A stretch of DNA of 64,000 nt, taken from an uncultured bacterium (GTDB taxonomy: Bacteria; Acidobacteriota; Aminicenantia; UBA2199). The notes under the pieces are model-generated. The model was not told the DNA's origin. It worked only from the letters and a program-made list of their open reading frames with translations, and ran no database searches. Location of the stretch: assembly GCA_942492175.1 (NCBI GenBank), contig CALODR010000004.1, positions 81,900 to 145,899 on the forward strand, read 5' to 3'. Positions 40,519 through 51,174 of the stretch are shown piece after piece (within the stretch, counting starts at the first letter, position 1; each line of letters starts with the position of its first letter). The position numbers were made by a program, and so were the translations under genes.

Positions 40519-41586
40519 ATGACACTTAGCGATTTAGGTTATAACGAAGATATGGAAAATTACAGAAAAAACCGGGGCCTTGATATATTTGGAATAGGGC
40601 GGGTCAGTTCCGAACACAGGGGAAAATATACAGTAAAAACTGTTGAGAAAGAATATGATGCCGAGATTATCGGGAATTTAAGATTTGCAGCGCTTAAAAG
40701 ATCAGATCTCCCTGCAGTTGGAGATTGGGTGGCAATTTCTGAATATGATGAAACTAAAGTGCTTATCCACTCCGTCTTTCCAAGAAAAACTATTATTGAA
40801 AGACAGGCTATAGGGAAACAGGGAGAAAAACAGATCATAGCCACCAATATTGATTTTGCTTTTATTGTTCAGGCGGTTGACAGGGATTTTAATATAAACC
40901 GGATAGAGAGGTACCTGACAATTTGTAACACATCAAAAGTGAAACCGGTCATTGTCCTTAACAAAATTGATCTTATAGACGATGCTGAATTAAAAAATTT
41001 GATCTTAAAAGTTCAGGAAAGGATAAAGAGTGTACCGGTAATTACGATCAGCAATGAAACCCTGACCGGGATCGCCGGATTGCAAGAGAGTATCATAAGA
41101 GGCAAGACCTATTGTCTGCTGGGTTCATCGGGAGTGGGGAAATCAACACTGTTAAACAATCTTGCCGGCAGACAGGTAATGAAAACAGATGCGATCAGTA
41201 CAAGTACGAACAAAGGAAAACATGTTACAAGCCACAGGGAATTATTTGTGCTTGAAAACAGGGGGATCCTGATTGACAATCCGGGAATGAGAGATGTGGG
41301 AATTGCCGATTCAACCGATGGTTTGGAAATGACATTTGAAACAATAATCAAATTGTCAAAACGGTGCAGATTTAAAGATTGTACCCATACAAGTGAAAGT
41401 GGTTGTGCTGTTTTAGCTGCCATTGAAGAAGGAGATGTTGACGAAGATTCTTATGAAAACTATATGAAGATGGAACATGAAAAAGAGTATTATGAATCGA
41501 CAATAGTTGAAAGACGTAAAAAAGATAAAGATTTCGGTAAAATGATCAAGAATTATAAAAAAGTTAAAAGATCAGACAAGTATTAA
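40519..41586 (+). CDS. rsgA: Ribosome small-subunit-dependent GTPase A
   Basis: 355 aa with a circularly permuted GTPase: G4 NKIDL precedes the G1 P-loop GSSGVGKSTLLN. The C-terminal zinc-finger Cys/His cluster is CRFKDCTHTSESGCAV. Confidence 0.85.
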   Translation: MTLSDLGYNEDMENYRKNRGLDIFGIGRVSSEHRGKYTVKTVEKEYDAEIIGNLRFAALKRSDLPAVGDWVAISEYDETKVLIHSVFPRKTIIERQAIGKQGEKQIIATNIDFAFIVQAVDRDFNINRIERYLTICNTSKVKPVIVLNKIDLIDDAELKNLILKVQERIKSVPVITISNETLTGIAGLQESIIRGKTYCLLGSSGVGKSTLLNNLAGRQVMKTDAISTSTNKGKHVTSHRELFVLENRGILIDNPGMRDVGIADSTDGLEMTFETIIKLSKRCRFKDCTHTSESGCAVLAAIEEGDVDEDSYENYMKMEHEKEYYESTIVERRKKDKDFGKMIKNYKKVKRSDKY

Positions 41587-41654
41587 TCACATTGTTTTTT
41601 TGTTTCCCGGATAATACAGTATATATTGTACCATGTGAGAAAGTGCATTATGAT

Positions 41655-42107
41655 ATGGGGATGGAACTCAAAGAAAAATTTGCAGCTGAACAGTTTGAAT
41701 CGGGATTCAATTGCGCGCAATCGGTATTGACCGCCTTTTCGGAAGATCTTGACCTTGACAAGGGGCTTGCCCGACAGATCACTTCGGGATTCGGGTCCGG
41801 AATGGGACGGCTGCAGCAGACCTGTGGGGCGGTCACCGGCGCTTTTATGGTACTGGGGATGCACTGCAGCCGTGAAGGGTCCGGCTGCAACGATGAGGAC
41901 AAACTGTATGCTCTGATGCAGCGATTCAATGAAAAATTCAAAAAGATCAACCATGGCACAACGGAATGCCGGAAACTGCTGAATGTTGATCTGAACACCG
42001 ATGAGGGTCAGATCCAATTTCATAAAAACGACCTGGGTGATAAGGTTTGTCAGGTCTGTATCAGCAGCTCCGTAAAGATTCTCCGGTCACTGCTGGAAAT
42101 AGAATAA
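41655..42107 (+). CDS. C_GCAxxG_C_C family protein
   Basis: About 150 aa from the internal Met (ATG at 41655, checked). Motifs are FNCAQSVL, TCGAVTGAFMVLG, ECRKLL and CQVCISS. Confidence 0.7.
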   Translation: MGMELKEKFAAEQFESGFNCAQSVLTAFSEDLDLDKGLARQITSGFGSGMGRLQQTCGAVTGAFMVLGMHCSREGSGCNDEDKLYALMQRFNEKFKKINHGTTECRKLLNVDLNTDEGQIQFHKNDLGDKVCQVCISSSVKILRSLLEIE

Positions 42108-42189
42108 ATTTTAGCCGTATTGTTTTTTTTTAATGTTTTTTATAACCCTTTTTCTGTTTTTTACGTTTATTACCATAAAGGAGAACCAG

Positions 42190-43254
42190 ATGAAAGCATT
42201 GTTTTCTATATTTCTTATTCTTGTTTCCGCAGCATTTGTTCTGCCCGTTGAAAATTTGGGTGTTCTGGAGGGAGTTCTCAAGCCCTCTGTCATTGATATT
42301 CAGAAGGACCGGTTATTCGTTATGGATACCGATCAGGTCCGTATCTATTCCATGAAAGATCTGTCCCTGATCAAATCATTCGGGAAAAGGGGGGAAGGGC
42401 CCGGAGAGTATAAGGTTCATCCCGATATCCCCCTGAGCCTGAAAGCATATGATGATTTCCTGGTCGTTGAGTCCATAGATAAATTATCCTTTTTCTCCCC
42501 GGATGGGAATTATCTGAAAGAAATCAGAATACCGCCGATGTTACTTAGAGTCACCCAGATCGGAAAGAATTTTATCGGCCGAAGGCTTGTGCAGCCCCCG
42601 GATGGGTCCCTCTCAAGTTCAGCCATAAGAATATATGATCAACATTTTCAAGAGTTGGTGGAGCTTCATAAACAAAAATACCTCCGGCAGGGCAACAATC
42701 CCAATTTCCGCTGGGGTTTGGCAAAGGAAATTTTGTTTTACCAGGTGGCGGACAACAAGATCTTTGTGGAAAAGAGCAACAAAGGGTTCCTTATTGATGT
42801 GTATGATTTTAAGGGAAATAAGCTGTATGAAATAAAAAAAGAATATAAGAAGATCCCCATTACCGCCAATGACAAAAAAAATATGATCAAAGACCTGGAG
42901 ATGGATCCGGAGACCCAGGCTATCTTAAAAAAATATGGATTCAAGTGGAATGAATTCAGTAGAAACTTTAAATATGAGTTCCCGCCACATCGTCCCCCCA
43001 TCAAATCCATGGAGATCAATAACAACAAGATATATGTATCTACTTTCAGGACACAGGGGGATAAATACGAGATCATTGTGATGGACCTGAAAGGGAATGT
43101 GTTGAAAACAGCATTTGTGGAGCCTTCCACCAAAGAGTCGATCTTGGGCCTGCTGCTGGGTATTAAACTGGAGACCGTTCACAATGACAAGATCTATTAT
43201 ATTCAGGAAAATGAAGATGAGGAGTGGGAACTTTTCGCCCGGGAGATCAAATAA
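42190..43254 (+). CDS. 6-bladed beta-propeller (NHL/TolB-like) family protein, secreted
   Basis: The ATG at 42190 is followed by a signal peptide (MKALFSIFLILVSAAFV). The family-typical motif FGKRGEGPGEY is present, with repeated beta-blade periodicity. Confidence 0.55.
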   Translation: MKALFSIFLILVSAAFVLPVENLGVLEGVLKPSVIDIQKDRLFVMDTDQVRIYSMKDLSLIKSFGKRGEGPGEYKVHPDIPLSLKAYDDFLVVESIDKLSFFSPDGNYLKEIRIPPMLLRVTQIGKNFIGRRLVQPPDGSLSSSAIRIYDQHFQELVELHKQKYLRQGNNPNFRWGLAKEILFYQVADNKIFVEKSNKGFLIDVYDFKGNKLYEIKKEYKKIPITANDKKNMIKDLEMDPETQAILKKYGFKWNEFSRNFKYEFPPHRPPIKSMEINNNKIYVSTFRTQGDKYEIIVMDLKGNVLKTAFVEPSTKESILGLLLGIKLETVHNDKIYYIQENEDEEWELFAREIK

Positions 43255-43356
43255 GTAATTTGTTTGCTTCCGGGGGACTCTACACCCGACAGAATAACCT
43301 TTGCTTGGTTTCTTAGGTTATTTTGTTTTTAGATTTCATGCTAATATTGTATCGAA

Positions 43357-44397
43357 ATGAAGAATAGAGATTTTCTCATACCATCGTTTTTTATTATTTT
43401 TATGTGGCTGGTTTATATCATAATAACCGGAATCGTCGTCATTTATAAAAATCCCGGCTCATTAAATTATATCATTGGACTGTTGGCTTATCAGTTCCTT
43501 GTATATTCGGTTTTGACAATTTTTCTTTTTTATTTATTCAAGAAATTTTACTTTAATAAATCTTTGAATAAAAAGAAGATTTTAATCTTCATTTCCGTTT
43601 TGATGCTTTCCTCATCTGTTCTTGAAATATTGACCAGAGTCTTTAATTACCTTTTTTATCAAAAGTTTAATTTTGATTTGGACAGCATCCTATTTTTAAG
43701 CGCAATGAATATATTTAAATTATTGCCTTTCGTGGGACTTTTTATTGTTTTCAAATTATTAAAAGAGAGGGATGATGAAAAATCCAGGACCAGGGAAGCG
43801 GAAAACCTTGCCAGAGAAGCCAAATTGGAGATGTTGTCCTATCAATTGAATCCACATTTTCTGTTTAACGCGTTGAATACCATCATGGCATTGATTGATC
43901 ATGATAAAGAGGAGGCAAGGGAGATCATAACAGATCTTTCTGACTACTTAAGATATAGTCTGAATAATTCAAAAAAGAAAGAGGTAACCCTTGAAGAAGA
44001 GTTTAAATCGGTCCTGGATTATTTAAAGATCCAGAAAAAAAGATTCAAAGATAAAATTGAGATTAAAACAGAACTGGATGAAAAAATAAAAAAAACCAAA
44101 GTGCCTGTTTTTATTATTCATCCTCTGGTTGAAAACGCGATAAAACATGGGACCGAGACCTGTAAGGGTAAACTAAAGATATTCATAAGTATTAAAGAAA
44201 TTGAAAACAATATTATTGTTGAAGTTAAAAATGGCGGCAGGATAATCAAAACTTCTGATAATAAGAACAACGGGACCGGAACCGGATTATCCAACACCAT
44301 AAAAAGAATTTCTCTTCTATATGGGGAAGGATATGGGGTAGATCTGAGTGAGGAAGACGGAATGATCACCTGCCGGATGAAACTGGGGAAATTATGA
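43357..44397 (+). CDS. Sensor histidine kinase, LytS/YehU-type (His_kinase + HATPase_c) with a non-canonical 4-TM N-terminal region
   Basis: 346 aa. LNPHFLFNALNTIMALI is the PF06580 His_kinase signature. The ATPase region contains HPLVENAIKHG and GTGTGLSN. The N-terminal ~140 aa are hydrophobic helices. Confidence 0.75.
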   Translation: MKNRDFLIPSFFIIFMWLVYIIITGIVVIYKNPGSLNYIIGLLAYQFLVYSVLTIFLFYLFKKFYFNKSLNKKKILIFISVLMLSSSVLEILTRVFNYLFYQKFNFDLDSILFLSAMNIFKLLPFVGLFIVFKLLKERDDEKSRTREAENLAREAKLEMLSYQLNPHFLFNALNTIMALIDHDKEEAREIITDLSDYLRYSLNNSKKKEVTLEEEFKSVLDYLKIQKKRFKDKIEIKTELDEKIKKTKVPVFIIHPLVENAIKHGTETCKGKLKIFISIKEIENNIIVEVKNGGRIIKTSDNKNNGTGTGLSNTIKRISLLYGEGYGVDLSEEDGMITCRMKLGKL

Positions 44398-45095
44398 ATA
44401 TATTAAACATTCTGATCGTAGATGATGAGTTTTTTGCCCGAAAAGATCTGACCAATCGATTATATAATTATAATGAAAATTACATTGTGCACCAGTCTGA
44501 TTCTGTTGACTCTGCTATTGATATTTTAAAAAAAGAAAAAATAGATCTGATCTTTCTTGATATTCAATTAATGGGAGAAACAGGATTTGATCTGTTAAAA
44601 CGTATAAAAATTAAAGCTGATGTAATTTTTATTACAGCTTATGAAGAGTATGCACTTCGGGCATTTGAAGTTAATGCGGTTGATTATCTTCTTAAACCTG
44701 TCAGTATTAAAAGATTCAATTTGGCGATGGAAAGAATTATAAAGAAGCAAAAACCGGATATTGCCGGGGAATTAACCTATAGTGATCAATTAATTGAAAA
44801 AAACTTTGACGGGTTCAGACTTATAAAATTAAAAAATATTTTATATATTTCAGCTGAAGGCGATTATACCCGGATCTGCTGTGTTGAAGAAAATGATATG
44901 TTATTATATAGAACCATGAAATGCTGGGAACATATGCTGCCGCAAAAATACTTCCGCAGGATCCATCGTTCAACTATTATAAATACAGAATATATTGAAA
45001 AATTTCATAAGACAGAGAACAGTAAATATTCTGTTGAGCTTACCGGTATCAATAAAAGCTTTTCTGTAAGCAGGACTTATTTGTCAAATTTATAA
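44394..45095 (+). CDS. LytTR-family response regulator (receiver + LytTR DNA-binding domain)
   Basis: 233 aa with a receiver (ILIVDDE...D in FLDIQL) and a C-terminal LytTR domain. It overlaps the kinase stop by 4 nt. Confidence 0.8.
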   Translation: MNILNILIVDDEFFARKDLTNRLYNYNENYIVHQSDSVDSAIDILKKEKIDLIFLDIQLMGETGFDLLKRIKIKADVIFITAYEEYALRAFEVNAVDYLLKPVSIKRFNLAMERIIKKQKPDIAGELTYSDQLIEKNFDGFRLIKLKNILYISAEGDYTRICCVEENDMLLYRTMKCWEHMLPQKYFRRIHRSTIINTEYIEKFHKTENSKYSVELTGINKSFSVSRTYLSNL

Positions 45096-45191
45096 ACTTT
45101 TTTTCAAAAATATTTCGTTCATCGAATCTATTTACGCTTTATCGAAAATTTCAGATCACTTTTAAATATACCCGGTATAAACAATCAGGAA

Positions 45192-47066
45192 ATGCAAAAT
45201 GGTAATAAAAAAAAGAAGTTTACTTCAAACAAGGAGAATATGATGTTAAAAAAAATTACTTTCGTTTTAATTGGAATTTGTTTCAGCCAATGGGCTCTGC
45301 TATCACAAACCTCTGAGCAGAAAAGCAAAACAGTATTTACTCTCGGGTTTTCCACCTATCTTTCACACACCGATAAATACGCATCAGATTTTGATATTTT
45401 TACCGATAGTGAAGGTTATACTTATATCTCGGGAAATACCAGAGATAAAAACTTCCCGGCTACAAAAGGGGCCTATCAAACAGAACTTAAAGGGTCGGCA
45501 GATGTTTTTGTCGTAAAATATACACCTGAGGGTGAGATCGTTTTTGCGACATTAATAGGTGGTACAAAGAGAGAACATCATAGCGCAATTACAGTTGATG
45601 ATCAGGGATTTATTTATGTGGCAGGCGGAACTCATTCATCTGATTTTCCGGTTACTGAAGGAGCATATGATACGAGTTTTAACGGCGAAGGTAAGTGGGC
45701 AGGTGATGTTTTCTTAACTAAAATAAACCCGACCGGAACTGATATTGTATTTTCTACTTTTATCGGAGGTAAAGTTGAAGAAACAATCGGAAACGGAGGC
45801 CTTAAGATTGATTCTAAAGGGAATATTTTTATGGTAGGAATAACCAAGTCTGATGACTTTCCTTTAACAAAAGGCGGCATTGAAAAAGAAAATACCGCGC
45901 ATGGGTTTTTTTCTAAATTCAGCCCCGACGGCAAAAAACTTTTATTTTCCACTTTCTTCGGAAGCAGCACAATGGAAGCAATTACCAGTGTTGCTATTGA
46001 TGATAAAGATAACGTTTATATATCGGGAGCAACCTATACAGCAGGCTTGCCGGTAACCGATAATGCTTTTCGAAAAGAGATAATTATGCCAACATCCGGA
46101 GGTATAATGGATCATTTTATCGCCAAAATAAATGAAAAAGATAACAAAGTTTTGTATTTAAGCTATTTCGCAACAAATGGATATGCCGGTTCATCTATAA
46201 AATGGACAAAGCCAAACAGATTGATAGTATGCGGCAGCACTAATGGAGTAGATTTCCCGGTAACTGAAAATGCGATAAGTAAAAAAGGTAAAGGCAGGCA
46301 GGATTGCTATATATCGGTATTTAATTCTAATGAGATGACCCTGGAATATTCTACCCTGTTTGGAGGAAGTGAAGACGAGCGTTTTATGTCGGCAGATTTT
46401 CTTAATGAAGATACTGTGGTTATCGGGGGAACAACCAGTTCTGCTGATCTCCCGCTTACTGAAAATGCATTATATTCTGATTTTCCGGTCTGTGAGAAGG
46501 CTTTTAATTCCACATTTCTCGGGCGAAAAAAATCTTTCGTGTCTGTGATCGATATAAAAAACAGTAAACTCCTTTACTCAACATATTTTGGTGCAAGTTT
46601 TATATTTAGATTTTCCCCGGACAAAAATGGAAATATCAGTTTTGTTGCGGAAGCAGGACAGCGTGGAGAAGGGGGTATTACAGGTTTCCCCATAACTAAA
46701 AATGCCGTTGAACCGCCCACTTATACCATGGTAGGCCGAATGTTGTTGAATGCCAAGCCGAAACCGAGAAAGGAGGATTTGTACAAAGACGTAATTGTTA
46801 AAGATGCCATTCTGGAAAATTATGTAGGTAAATATGAAGTATCTCCGGGCTTTATCCTGACTATCAGCAAATATGACAGTCAATTGAAAGTGAGACCAAC
46901 CGGACGAAAGGAAGGTCCCATATTCCCAAAATCAGTAAATAGTTTTTATATAAAGGGATCTGAGGTTGAATTGACATTTAATAAAAACAAAGCCGGGAAA
47001 GTAGTAAGTTTGACTGTACACCCTGATGGAGGAGACGACATAATTTGTAAAAAATTAGTTGACTGA
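45192..47066 (+). CDS. Secreted SBBP (beta-propeller) repeat protein with DUF3471-like C-terminal tail
   Basis: 624 aa with a signal peptide. There are repeated SBBP-type units (G.T.S.DFP.T.GAY...G..D.F..K). The C-terminal ~90 aa (NYVGKYEVSPGFILTISKYDSQLKV...ELTFNKNKAGKVVSLTV) resemble the DUF3471 tail seen on beta-lactamase-fold hydrolases. Confidence 0.6.
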   Translation: MQNGNKKKKFTSNKENMMLKKITFVLIGICFSQWALLSQTSEQKSKTVFTLGFSTYLSHTDKYASDFDIFTDSEGYTYISGNTRDKNFPATKGAYQTELKGSADVFVVKYTPEGEIVFATLIGGTKREHHSAITVDDQGFIYVAGGTHSSDFPVTEGAYDTSFNGEGKWAGDVFLTKINPTGTDIVFSTFIGGKVEETIGNGGLKIDSKGNIFMVGITKSDDFPLTKGGIEKENTAHGFFSKFSPDGKKLLFSTFFGSSTMEAITSVAIDDKDNVYISGATYTAGLPVTDNAFRKEIIMPTSGGIMDHFIAKINEKDNKVLYLSYFATNGYAGSSIKWTKPNRLIVCGSTNGVDFPVTENAISKKGKGRQDCYISVFNSNEMTLEYSTLFGGSEDERFMSADFLNEDTVVIGGTTSSADLPLTENALYSDFPVCEKAFNSTFLGRKKSFVSVIDIKNSKLLYSTYFGASFIFRFSPDKNGNISFVAEAGQRGEGGITGFPITKNAVEPPTYTMVGRMLLNAKPKPRKEDLYKDVIVKDAILENYVGKYEVSPGFILTISKYDSQLKVRPTGRKEGPIFPKSVNSFYIKGSEVELTFNKNKAGKVVSLTVHPDGGDDIICKKLVD

Positions 47067-47083
47067 ATTTTGCGGGGAAACGA

Positions 47084-48235
47084 ATGAATTATAAATCAGA
47101 ACGGAAGAAAAATTTATTAAGCTTCAGTCAGATCATGATCTTACTGATCATGATTCTGGCTTGTAATCAAACTATCTATTCGAAAACGAAATCGGGTTCA
47201 AATAAAAATATGCTGATTAAGCAGGCACTCTCCGAAATTGTAAATGATGGGAAAGCGCCTGGAATGATTGCAGCAATTACTTCAGGTGAAGGTGTTATCG
47301 CCATCGGTTCAGTAGGTGTTCGCAAGGCTGGAGCGGGCGTAAAGATAACCGAAAATGATCGTGTGCACCTGGGCTCCTGTACTAAAGTGATGACCAGCAC
47401 AATGATAGGCACACTGGTGGCAGAAGGGAAGCTCCGATGGGAAATGAAATTGATCGAAGCCATTCCTGAACTGAAGGAAATTATCCATTCTGATTATCAT
47501 AAGGTCACACTTTGGCAGCTTCTCACTCACCGGGCAGGTATTGTAAAAAACCCTGATGACTGGGGTGCTTTTAGGGATCAGGAGATAAAAGAGAGGCGTT
47601 TGTCAATTTTAAAGGAAAATCTGAAGGATCCCCCACGGCTGAAACCGGGGGAGTTCAATTATTCAAATTTCGGCTATGTGATTGCCGGTTGCATGGCCGA
47701 AAAGGTAGCAGGCATAAGCTGGGAGTCTTTAATTAAAAAACGGTTGTTTGATCCGTTGGGGATGAATTCAGCCGGTTTCGGGGCGCCGAATAAGCACGAT
47801 CAAATAGATCAGCCATGGGGGCATTCAAATTCATGGTCTGGAAACAAATGGAAACCAGATCAGACGGATAATTCTGAGGCCCTCGGGCCTGCAGGCCGGG
47901 TCCATTGTAACATTTTAGACTGGGCAAAATTTCTATCTCTGTTCTTAACTGATGAAAATCCTGTTTTAGATAAAAAATATTTAAATAAACTAACAACACC
48001 CATCGATTTCTATGCAGGAGGATGGGGTGTCTTGGAACAGGAATGGGCCGGCGGTCAGGTACTAACCCATAACGGCAGTAACGGGATATGGTACGCTTCT
48101 GTAACAATAGCACCCAAATTAAACAGGACTTATATTGTCGTTACCAATTCATGTGATTTTGGCTCTACCCCCGGTATTTGTAATGAGATATTAAAGAAAT
48201 TGGTCAGGATGGATCTGAATATCAAAAAAGAATGA
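47084..48235 (+). CDS. Beta-lactamase-fold serine hydrolase (class C-like), secreted
   Basis: 383 aa with a signal peptide. The SxxK motif is in LGSCTKVMTS, followed by Y.N (YSNFGY) and a C-terminal H.G-like region (THNGSNG). Confidence 0.7.
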   Translation: MNYKSERKKNLLSFSQIMILLIMILACNQTIYSKTKSGSNKNMLIKQALSEIVNDGKAPGMIAAITSGEGVIAIGSVGVRKAGAGVKITENDRVHLGSCTKVMTSTMIGTLVAEGKLRWEMKLIEAIPELKEIIHSDYHKVTLWQLLTHRAGIVKNPDDWGAFRDQEIKERRLSILKENLKDPPRLKPGEFNYSNFGYVIAGCMAEKVAGISWESLIKKRLFDPLGMNSAGFGAPNKHDQIDQPWGHSNSWSGNKWKPDQTDNSEALGPAGRVHCNILDWAKFLSLFLTDENPVLDKKYLNKLTTPIDFYAGGWGVLEQEWAGGQVLTHNGSNGIWYASVTIAPKLNRTYIVVTNSCDFGSTPGICNEILKKLVRMDLNIKKE

Positions 48236-48444
48236 TCTAAAGGAATAAAACTAATTTAACTATTCATGCAAATTATCATCTGCAGGTTTGTTAATTTACA
48301 TTACATCATGAGTTTAAAATGGGAAGCATAGATTCGAGATCTTCTCTGCAATAAACAAAAAGAGAAATAGATCGTAATATAAAGCATATACAGCAAGCCC
48401 TATGAATAATACAAAAGTTAATTATAATAAATTAAATCAAGGAA

Positions 48445-49272
48445 ATGAATATGGGTAATCAAAACAAATTTTGGAAACTTTCAGAATTGGGAGGTATTGA
48501 ATTACACAAAGGGACTTACAAGAGCCAGTCTTTTACACCTCATTTTCATGAGGAATATGCTATTGGTATTATTTTAAAAGGTTCACAGGAAAAATATGTC
48601 AGGCGTTCAAAACATATCATAAATGAAGGTCAGATCTGTGTGATTAATCCGGGGGAGGTTCATTTTGCCAGCCCTGCGGATAAGAATGGCTGGACCTACC
48701 TAATGTTATATATAAATGCCTCTTTATTAAGAGAAATATTTACACAAATTATGGGAATGAAGCAGGATTACCCGTTTTTCCCGAATATGGTTATTGATGA
48801 TGATAAATTGTTTGATATGATCTTAAATTTACATCTGATTCTTGAAAAACCGGATACATCATTGTTGGAGAAAGAATCAGCTTTTGTGTCAGTGATGGAA
48901 CAATTGATTATGAAATATGCAGATAGCTCATCTGATAAACGTAATTTAAAATCATCCGGCAAACATATAAAAATAGTAAAAGAGTATCTTGATCAAAATT
49001 ATGAACAGGACATTTCACTTGAGATGCTTTCAGAATTAACTGACTTAAGTCCGTTTTATCTTTTACGTTTATTTAAAAAGGAAGTGGGCGCCACACCTCA
49101 TATATACTTAACTCAACGCCGGATCAGCAAAGCCAAAGAGTTTTTGACAATGGGCGATCCTCTCTCCGACGTTGCTTATAAAACCGGTTTTGTCGATCAG
49201 AGTCATTTCACCAACCGGTTTAAAAATATTGTCGGTATCACTCCCGGACAATACAATAATATAAATCTTTAA
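48445..49272 (+). CDS. AraC family transcriptional regulator (cupin sensor + AraC HTH)
   Basis: 275 aa. The N-terminal half is cupin-like (HFHEEYAIGIIL...INPGEVHFA). The C-terminal AraC HTH is QRRISKAKEFLT...DVAYKTGFVDQSHFTNRFK. Confidence 0.8.
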   Translation: MNMGNQNKFWKLSELGGIELHKGTYKSQSFTPHFHEEYAIGIILKGSQEKYVRRSKHIINEGQICVINPGEVHFASPADKNGWTYLMLYINASLLREIFTQIMGMKQDYPFFPNMVIDDDKLFDMILNLHLILEKPDTSLLEKESAFVSVMEQLIMKYADSSSDKRNLKSSGKHIKIVKEYLDQNYEQDISLEMLSELTDLSPFYLLRLFKKEVGATPHIYLTQRRISKAKEFLTMGDPLSDVAYKTGFVDQSHFTNRFKNIVGITPGQYNNINL

Positions 49273-49383
49273 CTTTTAAATTAACAATTTATAATTTTTA
49301 TAAAGAATTTTTTCAAAAGAGCAATAATCTACAATACTTATGCTTTTATTACTTGTAATTTTTAATATGGATATTATTAATAA

Positions 49384-51159
49384 ATGAAGTGGAGATATAA
49401 AATGAATTTAAAAACAATAGTTCTATTAATTATTTTAGTTTTTTTAACCGTTAGCCTTTATTCACAGACGATGCATGAAGCAATTAAAAAGGGGGATTTA
49501 CAAGAGGTAAAGTCACTGGTGAAGGCTGATGAATATTTAATAAATATAAAATATAAAATAGAAAAACCGATGCCAATTATTTGGATGGCAGAAGAAGTTA
49601 CTCCTCTGTTTGATGCAGTTCTTTACGGGCGTTATGAAATTATAAAATATTTCATTAAACAAGGTGTTGATCTTAAAAAAAGTAATTATGCATTATTCCT
49701 TGCGTTACTGCAGAAGGGTAAAAAGATTAAAAGCCTTCTGATAAATAATGGGGCAAGATTTGTAAATGATACAGCGCCCCATATGCGTCCTAACATTTTA
49801 ACTTCAGCCGTATGGTTTTATCCGGACCTTAAATTGGTAGAACAGATAATAGAACTTGGAGGCGGATTGGAATTGGACTGGGGTGATGAGGGGAACTATA
49901 CCCATACACCATTGGGTATGGCCACAAGGCATGGGAAATTCTCCATCGCCAAACTGCTGATAAAAAATGGCGCCAAATTAAATCTCTCTCGAAATAACGG
50001 GCAGATCGGGCTTCACGATGCCATATATTATTCAAGGCGTACCGAAGACAAAATAAAAGGATATTCATCTGAATTACTGACCTTTTTACTTGAAAATGGT
50101 GGTGACAAAAATCACAGGGATAATAATGGTTTCCTGCCTGTTGAGTATGCCGCCATTGAAGGGGTCCCCGCTGCTTTAAAAATATTATGGGATAAAAATT
50201 ACGATATTAATCAGCGTGATTTTTCAGGAATGACCCTATTACATAAAACTGTGATAAGAGGATACCTGGAGTGCGTGGAATTTCTTCTCTCAAAGGGATT
50301 TGATGTAAATGCGGAGGATAATAGTGGGAACTCTCCTTTGTCCTATGCCAATAAATATGGGCATATTAAAGTATCTGATTACCTGAGATCGAGGGGTGCT
50401 GAATCAGAAAATCTGTTACCTGTTGTAAATATTGACAAACTGCTTAGTGAAAAATTAGAAACCGGTCAGGCATATATCTGGTATCTGGGCAGAACAGGAT
50501 GGGCAGTCAAAACCAAAAACAATTTAATACTGAAACCCTGGGAATGGGGAGAGTATGATCCTGACAATCCCTCCCTTGCCAATGGAAATATTGTTTCAGA
50601 TGAACTTATTGATCAGAATGTCCTTTTTTTGTCAGAAACAAAAGTCGCAGAATCTCAGGTAACAGAAGATAGGTTTTTAAGAACAGAATCTTCTGAATTT
50701 AATATAACTGTGGTATCCGATAATGTATCAGAATCAAAACAGGTCAAGTCTGTTAAAATAAAACCACTGGAAAAAATGATGATAGGAAGTGTTGAAATGG
50801 TTAAAGATGAATTTGATAATTTACTGCTGATATCAGATGGAGTAAAAATCTTTTTTAAGGGTTACAAAGATCCTGTTGATCAGGAATTCATGAAAACACT
50901 GGTCAGTTCAGATTTGGCTTTTTTCACAGTTTGGGGTTCAAGAGGTGAATTGCCGCCATCAAGTATAGAAAAAGCAGAATTAAATATAAAAACATATAAG
51001 CCTGAAACCTTATTTTCTCAATCTGTATATACAGGGTCATTTTATCATTATGAATTGAGCCGGCAATTAAAGGAAAGGGGTCACAAAATCAATTTGCCCG
51101 TAAATAAGTTCCCCGGAGATTGTTTTTTTTATGATAATGGAAAAATAAGTTTGAAATAG
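49384..51159 (+). CDS. Ankyrin-repeat protein, secreted, with uncharacterized C-terminal domain
   Basis: 591 aa with a signal peptide. Several ankyrin repeats are clear (TPLGMATRHGKFSIAKLLIKNGAKLN, MTLLHKTVIRGYLECVEFLLSKGFDVN, NSPLSYANKYGH). The C-terminal ~250 aa are unassigned. Confidence 0.65.
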   Translation: MKWRYKMNLKTIVLLIILVFLTVSLYSQTMHEAIKKGDLQEVKSLVKADEYLINIKYKIEKPMPIIWMAEEVTPLFDAVLYGRYEIIKYFIKQGVDLKKSNYALFLALLQKGKKIKSLLINNGARFVNDTAPHMRPNILTSAVWFYPDLKLVEQIIELGGGLELDWGDEGNYTHTPLGMATRHGKFSIAKLLIKNGAKLNLSRNNGQIGLHDAIYYSRRTEDKIKGYSSELLTFLLENGGDKNHRDNNGFLPVEYAAIEGVPAALKILWDKNYDINQRDFSGMTLLHKTVIRGYLECVEFLLSKGFDVNAEDNSGNSPLSYANKYGHIKVSDYLRSRGAESENLLPVVNIDKLLSEKLETGQAYIWYLGRTGWAVKTKNNLILKPWEWGEYDPDNPSLANGNIVSDELIDQNVLFLSETKVAESQVTEDRFLRTESSEFNITVVSDNVSESKQVKSVKIKPLEKMMIGSVEMVKDEFDNLLLISDGVKIFFKGYKDPVDQEFMKTLVSSDLAFFTVWGSRGELPPSSIEKAELNIKTYKPETLFSQSVYTGSFYHYELSRQLKERGHKINLPVNKFPGDCFFYDNGKISLK

Positions 51160-51174
51160 ACTAAACAAGGAGAA

